Of a stretch of 64,000 nt of DNA, positions 41,601 through 52,174 are shown piece by piece. Location of the stretch: assembly GCA_951406725.2 (NCBI GenBank), contig OX597821.1, positions 73,346,001 to 73,410,000 of the forward strand, in the 5' to 3' direction. The DNA comes from Octopus vulgaris (Eukaryota). How positions within the stretch are numbered: the stretch's first letter is position 1; each line of letters starts with the position of its first letter. Below the pieces are notes generated by a model. That model was not told the origin of the DNA. It did not search any database and was given only the letters and a program-made list of their open reading frames with translations. Position numbers and translations under genes: made by a program.

Positions 41601-44600
41601 ATGCTGATCCATTTTTGGATAACAAAGATTGATAAGTTTGAGCTTATCATGTTTTTCGTTTGAGTAAAGTGGACGAGTGTTAAACATCCTCCTGGTTAGG
41701 ATGCTGGCCTGTCACTGAGAACTTTTTTCTGCAAGAATAATAGAGTAATACCGTAAGCCATGATATCATCTGTCAATTCCAATGTGGAACCACTATGACC
41801 TAGATCAAGGAGCCAGACTGCTCTGGGGTACCTGGTTAAAGCTAGATGGTCTTGTGAATAGAGTGTCTGCTTTGTTATGTATTAGGAACATAGAGAAAAT
41901 GAAAATTCAAAATCTTGAAAATTTTGGTGTAGTTAATGTACCATAAGTCTATTAGAAGAATATAATCCTCAAAGACATTGTTTAGCCTTAGGTCAACCAC
42001 ACTTGTCATAACATCTAATCTTTTGTTTTAAGATATTGTGTATCAAGGACTACACCACTCTAGGTTCAAATCCAAACTTTATCCATATAAAGGGTGGTTG
42101 GATGTGATTTGAGGGTAATTTCGTTGCTATTTCTAACAAGTTGAGTGTCCATCTACCAATTCCTTTGTCTTAGATAAATGTAAGCATTTCACTTTTAAAT
42201 TTCTTGTAGCCATTGGCAAGATTAGGTGCAACAGTAATTGGTATTGATGCGTCTGAAGAAAATATCAGAATTGCTCAAAATCACTTGAGGAATGATCCCA
42301 ACATTGTGTGTAAAGTGAAATACATCCATTCGACCGTGGAAGATGTTGTTGCTACAGAAGGAAACACGTTTGATGCAGTCATAGCTTCTGAAGTTGTTGA
42401 GCATGTTGCAGACGTGGACTCTTTCATTGAATCCTGCTGCAATTTGGTGAAGGTACGTCGATCCTGTTTTTTGCTCCTCCTCCTCCCTCATCACCACCAC
42501 TACCATCATTGTTGTTGTCACCATTTTCTGTTTTCTGTGATGGCATGGGTTGGATGGTTCACTTCAGGAAAATAGCTCTGCTTGATATGTAGAAATTTCA
42601 TATTGTACACACTACAAACTATGGACGCATAGGAGATGCATCATCATCATCATAATTTAATGTCCGTTTTCCATGCTAGCATGGGTTGGACGGTTCGACC
42701 GGGATCTGGAAAGCCAGGAGGCTGCACCAGGCTCCAGTCTGATCTGGCAGTGTTTCTACAGCTGGATGCCCTTCCTAGCGCCAACCACTCCGTGAGTGTA
42801 GTGGGTGTTTTTTACATGCCACCAACACAGGGGCCAGAGCAGGCTGGCAAATGGCCACGATCGGTTGGTGCAGTGGAAGGAATTAAAGGGTAAATGAATG
42901 GAGTAAGTGGACTTTGTGACAGATGCACAGGTACGAGGAAATAGATTCTCTCAAATGCCTGAGAGGTTTCCTAAGGTATTAGGCAGCTGTTGACCAAATT
43001 AGTTGACCGAATTAGCATTGAAGGAGGATGTTCTGAAAGTATAGTTGCTACAAATAAGAACATGATGGAGAAAGCAACAAAGGGCCTCTTTCTCCGAGTG
43101 AAAGGCAGATTGTATGATGCTTGTGTATGAACAGCCATGCTACATGGCAGTGAGATGTAAGCTGTGAATGCAGGGAACACAAAAAGACTAGAAAATAATG
43201 AAGCCAATATGCAACACTGGATGTACCAAATCAGTATGTTTGTGCAAGAAAATACAAATCTGTTTGAGAGAAAACTTGGGGTGTAAGTGGTATGTAATGT
43301 AGTGTACAAGAGAGAAGACTGTGCTAGCATGGTCGTGTTGTATGTAAAGCTGTCAAATGAAGAAGGGCCAATCACTAATGAAACTTGTGGAAGAGAGAAA
43401 CCCAGAAGAATGGGGGTCAAAGCTGTGAAGACCAACCTTCTTGAATTGTTGAATCTCACCAAGATGACGAAGGATTGAGATGATTCATCATACTCGAGAG
43501 GAATCTGTCTACCTCGGCAAAAATAAAGTCCTAAAAACATTGATAATGTCTGTGAATTATTTGGAGATTTCACTAGGACCACAAAAAAAAAAAAAAAAAA
43601 AAAAAGCACCCAGTATACTCTTAATCCTTTAGCATTCAGATTATTTGGTCAAATGTAATTACTTATTTATTCACATTGGTTTGAATTAATTATGTATGAT
43701 CTTGTAGCTTCAAGATTTTGATGGTGCGATTGTTTATTTTTAGAATGGCATTGTAAAGTATATGTGAGGGGCCAGATATGGTCAGTGTTAGAAAGGCTAT
43801 CCAGTATACAGAAACCATGCCAAAACAGAGTCTGGCACAATCCTCTGGCTTGTTGAAACATCTAACCCATGCCAGCATGGGAAAAAAAGGGGCAGGAAAA
43901 TGTATCTCCATTACATTACCCAAAGGTAGCTCAGTGTCCCTGTTGTAGAAGACCCTTACCCAATTTGCTCTGCAGTGGAATTGAACACCAAACCACATGG
44001 TGTTGGTTCAATGCTCACTTTAAATTTTATATTTCACCCATAAATAATCTATTCTAATCCCCTTTCTTCTCCTTCCACTTCAGCCTGGTGGTTCCCTCTT
44101 TCTGACTACAATAAACAAAACAGTGTCTTCCTATTTGCTTGGTGTGCTGGCTGCCGAACGTCTGCTACATTTAGTTGCTCCAGGAACTCACAATTGGAAT
44201 AAATTCATATCTCCAATGGATCTTCAATATATGATTGAACGGAGTAAGTACTGCAAAAAAAAAAAAAAAAATTCTCCAAGTATCTCTTATTTTTTAGCCT
44301 GTTTTCTTTTAAGTTTTCTAATGTTAGAGAAAGTTCTCATGACCTTCTTCACCAATAACTGTCTGAGAAGTTGGTGGATCAACATCTCCATGACCAACAG
44401 AATTCATTCCTGAGTAACAAAGTTCACTGGTTGTAAATAACTATAAAAAATTTGAAAACTGGGTATGTTGAGCTCTTTATAAAATGACAGGTTCTACAAT
44501 GGAGAAACTGGGAAAAATAAGTTCAGTTTATGATACGGGGAAGGAATTATTTGGAGAGTAAAAGAGTATCTGATTAGCAGAAGGAAGTTTGTTGGACATA

Positions 44601-46203
44601 GTGTGAGAGACGACTGTTGTTATTGTTAGGCCTAACTCATCGAGAAGTAAATACCACCATAACCGATACCCAAACTAGTGGAGAAGGCTAGCCACTGGAT
44701 TTGGTTAAAAAGAGATGAGCAATGGCCAGAGATATATTGAGCTATAATTAATAACCAGTAGATCTAGCAAGTGGGGCCTTATGTCAGTGATGTCGTCGAG
44801 GGGTAGGCCCTGAAACGGCAGGCATTCTCTCCTGATGACCCCATACACTTGCTGGCTTCTGGTATGTAGAGTTCTCGACTGGTAGCACTTGTATGTGCAA
44901 GTTGTTTGCAAAATATGGTGAGTGTGGGATTGGCCACCATTTCATAAGTCAGTGTAAAGAGTTGGCAATGTTTTGATCCAATCAAAAAGGGGGAGAAATG
45001 CAATTGTAACAGTTAAGCAGCACTGTGGTAAGAAGCTTGCTTCTTACCTCCATGATTCTGTCCCACTCAGGACACCTGGTGTTGGTGCTTATGTCCCTGT
45101 AACTTAGTGGTTTGGCAAAAACGACAGTTCTGGGGTCCATTCAAATAAAAATCTATGGCTGCAGTCTAATATCTGAAAAGGTTACTGCAGTAAAATTACT
45201 TAATTCTAGCCTTCTCCTTTAAGGCTTGCTGCCAAATCAAGACATCAATATTGAACCAATAGATTAGCACCAACGTTTGAATATCACTTGTCTCTCACCC
45301 ACCCCAGTTTTAACAAGAAACTACATAAAATTGTATTACACTCAGGTTAAAACTTTTAATGACAAAGTTGCCAAAGCAATCTCCAAATCTCTAAGTGGTA
45401 CCTAATTCTAAATTTAAAATTGAGCTAGCCACAATGGTCAATGGGTTGGATTTGGTGCTAAAGAACGAAAAATAATTGAAATATGCACATACACCCATAA
45501 CCTATTTTTCTCTTCAATTGCATTGTTTATAGACATACTCTTGTACTAAGCATAGAGGTGCACTGGACTTGCAGTTTCGATTCCCAGATCGGGCGTTGTG
45601 TATCGGCGAAAACACTTAAAGCTCCACAATGGGGTGGTGGTGAACCTTGCTGTAATATTTCACAACCTTCCTGTTGTATCTGTATATCAAAGGGCCAGCC
45701 TTGTCACACTGAATCCCCAAGAACTACGTTAAGGTACATGTGTCTGCAGTGCACAGTCACATGTTTCCGTTGACTGGATAAACTGGAATCCTTGTCATAA
45801 CCAATGGAGTGCCACAACCACTAAGCATATCAAACGCAATGTAACCATGTTTTAGTATCTTGGAGGACACTATCAGAATGATTCTCTCTTTTGATAGAAT
45901 GTATATTCTATACTTAAATGTTTAATAGTTGCTAAAGAAAACCATTGTACTTGCCCCTGTAGACAAACCTCAAAATGGTTCTTCTGTCCCCTACAAAGCC
46001 ATTATGTTAATTAGAATAACTTTAATGCAGAAATCCTGTGTAAAGTGATTTAATACCGTTCATTATTTTTCTTTTTTTAAACAGATAATCTGGTCACGAG
46101 ACTTGTTCATGGATTAAAATACAACCCACTTACCAAAAAATGGAAGTGGTCTTCAGACACTAGCATCAATTATGCCATCCATGCCATTAAACCAAAATCT
46201 TGA
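35654..46203 (+). CDS. COQ3: Ubiquinone biosynthesis O-methyltransferase, mitochondrial; exons 35654-35895, 39269-39548, 42210-42452, 44084-44243, 46085-46203 (347 aa)
   Basis: Motifs include WWDETGEFEALHSMNSVRVPFI, SAM motif ILDVGCGGGIFAEPLARLGA, FDAVIASEVVEHV, PGGSLFLTTINKT, GTHNWNKFISP and YNPLTKKWKWSSDTSINYA. The N-terminus is basic and transit-peptide-like. All four introns are GT-AG with consistent phases (2,0,0,1), and the stop TGA is at 46201-46203. Confidence 0.95.
36939..37352. mobile_element. Two tRNA-derived SINE family C copies, tail-to-tail (36939-37113 plus, 37118-37352 minus)
   Basis: Head ggtgagctggcagaatcgttagc and central cctttcatcctttcggggtcgataaa..aagtacca motif. Other copies lie near 8525-8740 (minus), 12150-12350, 38655-38775 and 48008-48152. 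Confidence 0.75.
38775..39110 (-). mobile_element. Retroposon family A copy in COQ3 intron 1 (another minus copy at 42636-42870)
   Basis: (CAT)n plus reverse-complement core. Confidence 0.75.
42870..43500 (+). mobile_element. Degenerate RTE LINE ORF 3' fragment in COQ3 intron 3
   Basis: Remnants GGCSESIVA and GLFLRVKGRLYDACV*TAMLHGSE are typical of the post-RT region of RTE elements; many stops. Confidence 0.75.
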
Positions 46204-46232
46204 GATTTAAAAAATGCAGCCAAAAGACACAG

Positions 46233-46257
46233 AATAAAGAAAAATATCTTTATTAAA
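46233..46257. terminator. Crossed polyadenylation signals of COQ3 (+, AATAAA 46233-46238) and KPNA2 (-, AATAAA 46254-46249)
   Basis: Both hexamers lie in the 243-bp gap between the two convergent stop codons. Confidence 0.6.
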
Positions 46258-46446
46258 CTTTACAATTTATAAAATAATTTTGGACGTGTGTGTATGTATA
46301 TAGATATAGGAAATGTGTGTGTGCGTGCATGTATATATAATCAAATGTCGTGTTTTGTGATCTCAGCAGATGCATTCAACCCAGGCAGGTTCACATTCAG
46401 ATTACACAATTAAGAACCAAACAAAGTCAAACAAAAATAAATCCGT

Positions 46447-49400
46447 TTAGAACGAGAAGCTTTCTTTTTGTTGCTCCACTTTCATTTTGTAAGTATCATC
46501 AGTAGCTTCAGGGCCAAGATTCTCGTCCTCCTGCTGAAGAGAGGAAAACAGATTAGCATTAGAAAGATTACCAATAATTTAAGGAATCAAATTCACAATA
46601 AAAACCAAAGTAAATGCAAATTCTGTTTAATTTAATTCTAAGTACTTACTTCTGCAGAGAAGTATTTCTCAATCAGGTGTAGAGATGCTTTGTAAACTGT
46701 TTCATTTTCATGGCTCTGAAGGTTCTCAATTTTATCAAGACCACCAATCTCTTCAATCATAAGGCACATGTAATTCAGTTGTCCACACTTTTCAGCAGCC
46801 TAGAATAAAAAGAGAAAAAAAAAAAAAAAAATTGGTAATGGAATCCGTAATATTCAACCAAAAGTAATGACAGTCCTGCACGCCCGATCCCTCACCCAGA
46901 TAAATAAACCTCACAATTATACAACTATATTACTTGGAATAATTTTTCATCTGAGTAGAGTGAGAATAATTAAAATGAAACTTGTTCACTCAGTTCATGT
47001 CTGCTAAGATGCCAGGATTTCTATAACCCAGGTTAGCTAACATGAGTACAAGTTTTGGGTGATTTTGATAAGAATTTACCGCTAGAAATTGATCCAGTGT
47101 ACTAAAGATCTAATTATGCAAGAAGAAGTTGACTTACCATCAGAATATTTTGTAAAGCATCAAGAATCACCAGGACCACTTTTGCATCTCGGATCACCAA
47201 CAGCTCACACAAATGTTTAATGACATCACACTGAACAAGGAAGCTGATTTGTTCAATAGTACCACCAGATGTCAGGTTAGTCACAGCCCACACAGCTTCC
47301 TTTTGGGTCTTGAAGTCACCCTGTGTATACAATGAGAAAAAAAAAAAAATTGTTATTTGCCACCAGGGCATACATGGAAGTAAAAACCAAAAGTAGCGCC
47401 TCACTACCAACAGACAAGGTTCAGCTGTTCACACTTAACTTCCCTCTCCAATTGGAAAAAATAAAACCCAAAAAACTTTAGGTCATCTGCAAGACCAATC
47501 CCAGTTTTTTTTTAGTCCATTTACCCACATGAAGCCAGCCCCTGTCACCCATTCTTTGATCATCAACATTGACAAAGCTACATGTTTTTATGGCTGTTGT
47601 ACCTGGCTGAAGAACAGTAACCATTATAAATTGAAACAGAGTCAACTGTAAGAATACAAGAGAATCAAATAAAATCACTTTAGCAGATTATTGGCTTTGA
47701 TCCAATCTCACCAAGTCCCCTGGCTCCAAATGAAAGATTCTTTACAACAAGGACGGACACCTTTGACTTGATTTAACCCTTTACCATATTTATTTTCAGA
47801 TGCTCTGCGTTTCTTGCTATTTTAAATATAAGAAGCAATTTAGTAAAATAACTTAGTTATCATTAAGCTAGTGTTAGGAACATAAATCGTGACTAAGGTT
47901 TGGAAGATTTCAATTCAAAATCTATGAAAAGACATTTGTACTATAGAGCCAGAGGTGGTTTCAGCCAGGTTGGTATCGAATGGGTTAATACCAAAGATTA
48001 GAATAAGGTAGAGAGCTGGCAGAATGGTTAGCATGCCAGGCAAAATGCTCAGTGGCACTTTTTTGCCATGGTTGACAGTCTTTCATCCTCTTGGGATTGT
48101 TAAGTACTGGTTTACCCCTCCCTGAAAATTGCGGACTTTGTGCCAAAATTTGAATTCCTTGTTTAAAGATTAGAATGCTTTGAAATTGAGGCATAAAATC
48201 CTACCATAATTTCAATGCCATCAACCCCAAGACACTATTACAGAGTTCTAAGGTTCAAAGCTGGTTACTCAGTTTCCACATTGTATAAGTGACCGAGATC
48301 CTAACGTTCCATTGCAGGGTCTTCCATGCTGGCATGAGTTGGACAGTTTGACCAAAGCTGATAAACCAGAGAACTGTGCCAAGTTCTGCCTGCTTAGGTA
48401 TGGTCGAATGCCCTTCCTAATGCCAACCGTTTTATAGAGTGGGTTGGGTGCTTTTATGTGGCACCAACATCAGTAAGGTCCGCTTTGGCATGCAATTTAT
48501 CAGGAATTTGCAAATACATGATTCTGGGCCCGATGTGATAGTGTTAAGGACATGTTCCGTAGCAGCAAGTTGGCCGTTTAAGTCAGTTGAAAAACTGGTG
48601 TTGCACCTCCCCAAGTCCTGTAACTTGATTTGATAAAAGCTTCAGACTCAAATAAGTTGATTGGTCGTTTAATTAATTAAGACTTAACAGAATAAAATGA
48701 TCATATAAAAAGGCAACTTACCATTGCCAGCTTTTCAACAACAATGGGGATGATGCCAGCCTCGATAACTTGCTGGATCTGACTGGAATTGCCAGCAGTG
48801 ATGTTGGAGACGGTCCAGGCAGCTTCTTTTTGAATGTTAGGTCGAGAATGCCTCAACAATCCATGAAATACAGGCAAGGCATTTGCTTCCAAAACAACCT
48901 GGGGAAAAGAAAATTTAACATTTCTCTGTATAAAACACATTGAAAGAACCCAACAGATTTCAAAAAACCAAACTTTAAATTTTTAAAAAGAACAGATTTG
49001 TATTCAGACTAGCATTCTAACATACCAATAGCTTATTTTAGCAAATCTATCCAACTGGAAAGCTATTCCTGTTAGAATTAAACCCATTTGGCATTTAAAC
49101 TGGCCAAATCCAGCCCTAAATATTCTGTTTTATGTTCAAACTGGCCGGATCTGGCCTCTCACACCTACCCTACAATATCATTCCAAAAATATAATCACAT
49201 CACTGAAATCTCAAAGCTACAATCAATACAAACTGAATAAACAAATATTTGGCAGAATGACCTGAAGGCTGAAGGTTTAGGAACACAAAACTGGCCCTGA
49301 AAATTTTTTTTAGTATATCATCTACATTTATTATATACGGAGGTGCAATGGCCCAGTGATTAGGGCAGCGAACTCAAGGTTGTAGGATCGCAGTTTTGAT

Positions 49401-52134
49401 TCCCAGATTGGGCGTTGCGAGTCCTTATTGAGCAAAAACACCTAAAGCACCACGTGGCTCCAGCAGGGGGTGGTGGCAATCCCTGCTGCACTCTTTCGCC
49501 ACAACTTTCTCTCACTCTTTCTTCTGTTGGCCTGCTCGCTTAGCCAGTGGGGTGGCGTCATTTGAAGGCTAAAACAATGCAATGTGAACAGCGATGGTGT
49601 AGCAACATCTGATAGCCTGGTCGGTCACGGTGATCATATATAAATAAAAACATTGAATGACAACTTACTTGTGTTTGACAGTCATCTCCAGTCACAATAT
49701 TTCCAACGGTTCTTAAGGCAGGAGTTATCACAGATATTTTGGGATGTTGCAGCAGTTCAACCAGTCGAGGGACGACATCTGCAAAAAGACAAAACATCAA
49801 GTTCAAGAAACTGATTTTAATTTGAAGAACAATTTGAAGAAACATCAAACAACGCAACAGAAAAATTCCTTACTGCTTTCAATAACAGCTTGAATCTTCT
49901 CATTTGGTCCATCAGTGATGTAAGAGAATGCCCAGAGTGTGTCAGAGAGTACTTCAGCATCGGTATGATGTAAAAGTGCTGCCAGAATTGGAAGACATTG
50001 CTGAATAACGTCAAAAGATGGGGTTGGGTTCTTGTTTCGACACAAGTTGGAAATTGTCCAGGTGACATTTCTTAGAAAACCAGCCTACAAGTAAAAATGT
50101 AAAATTAAAATAAGAATCCATCCTCCAACCCACTCCACAGATGGAATCTCTGTTAAAAAAAGATACTTACAGGAAGGTCACGTTTAGCAAGTTTAAGAAG
50201 AGGATCTACGACACCACATTCTGTGACAAAATCTCGCAGTTCTGGACCATCACCTGAAGAAGGAAGAAAAAGCAAACCGATATTCCAAGAAGAAGCTCTA
50301 GCAAGAATTAAAGGACAAAATATTAAAAAAAAAAAAATATTTACCAGCAATGTTACCAAGGGCCCAGACTGCTTGCTCACAGACATGAAGGTCTTCAGAT
50401 GTCAAAAGGGAAATGAAATCAGGGACAGCGCCAGCAGCAACCACGGCTTTGGTTTGGTCACTGTTACCAGAAGCAATGTTGGTCAGGGCCCAGGCAGCTT
50501 CAAATTGGAGTTCAGGCCTGAAATAAAATAGGTTTGTCAAAGATATTGAATATCAGGAAGCAGATTATTGGCTTTGATCCACCCCACTAAGTTCCCTGGT
50601 TCCAAATGAAAGATTCTTTACAACAGAATAATTGAAAAATCTGTTGAAATAGGAAAAAACGCCCTATTATGACAAACTCTTGCTGAGCTATTTCGTCCAG
50701 ACCTCAAACTCAGGGGGCTATTAGGCCTCTCACACCTACCCTACAATATCATTCTAAAAATATAATCACTGAAATCTCAAAGCTACAAGGTAAAGTACGA
50801 TCAATACAAACTGTGAATAAACAAATATTTGGCAGAGTGACCTGAATGCCATAATTGAACTCAGAACGTCCAGTCTAGAAGCCAATCAAGAAATACAAGT
50901 TGGGAGCAAGTGAAGGCAGAGACCCCTACTAAAGAACAATTAAATCTTCAAATTTTCTGTACTGCTTGACCTCGAGATATTCTGCCTACCAATAATAGCT
51001 TGATTATCAAGATGTGGTACAAGCAAGCAAACGTGAAGAGTTAAGTTCTACTTAAAATAACGGTAGGATCAGTGATGAATTCCAGATCAATAATCTCCAG
51101 ACAAATATAAAACACCACTTGGTCAGTGAGCAATGTAAAGACATTGAGAAAGGAATAAACCCTAAAAAAAAAAAAAAAAAACCTTCCGACACATTTCAGG
51201 AATTCAACTAACTTTGGTACAAGACCAGCCGTTATGATGGCATCAATGGGTGGATTCCTCTCTTTGGAAAGCAAGCGTCGTGCAGCTTGGGTTGCTTCAA
51301 GCTGAGCCTCTACAGAGTCACCGCTAATGCCATAGATGATCTCATTGAGGGTCAAGGAAGAACTGGTACCCTGGAAAACAAACGGCACAATAGACCATAT
51401 AGAGTGCAACAAAAAGATTCATCACATTTGACATAAAGCTATAAATTTATATAACCATCACTAGTCCGGACCTCAAACTCTGGGGGCTATCAGGCAATTT
51501 TGCATAAACTAGACGTGTAATAACTTCAGCACCAAAAAAACATTAGAGACGAGTATGGTTAATAAAAATTTGTCTTGTTCACATTACTTGGGGTGAACCA
51601 CTTCTTGACCAAATCCATGCACCCATTACACCCTTGGAGTAGTTGGAAAATGGATGTTAAACACAGATGGTCTCCATTCACCAATTCCGCCTTCAATATT
51701 TCAACTCGCCAAGGTTTGAAGCTGGTTTTAAATATTGACAGACATATTTTCTAAAATTTGTGAGGAAAAAAAAAAAAAAAAATCATAGCTTGACAGAATT
51801 CTGGTTTAAGCACTCTATTTACATCCCCACCATAGCTTTATTTTTTTGAAATTTTTTGAAAATATTTACGAATGTGTTCTACACACCTGAACTTTTACGA
51901 TAAAAAAAAATTTAAGGGCGATTTAGCCGTTATTTCTAGCACTTCTCACGATCACCTGATATCTTCCTTGTTTCTTTGTCCCTGACATTGTTTTTAACTA
52001 CTTTTCTGCCTATAAACACAATGGTGGTCCATTGCTGGTACTTAAGCAAAACATCTGACTGTCCGTGTTATAAACTCGGACTCGTATAAAAAGTTCTGGG
52101 TACAGGTAGATAGAAACTGAAAGAAGCCGGTCAT

Positions 52135-52174
<40 letters not shown>

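Noticed and set aside
44790-44845. GAAAC...CTGATGA suggesting a type II hammerhead
   Set aside because: The required helix II and III pairings are absent.
51371-51430. C-box-like GTGATGA in a KPNA2 intron (minus strand)
   Set aside because: No D box (CTGA) before the 3' splice site, so a C/D snoRNA is unsupported.
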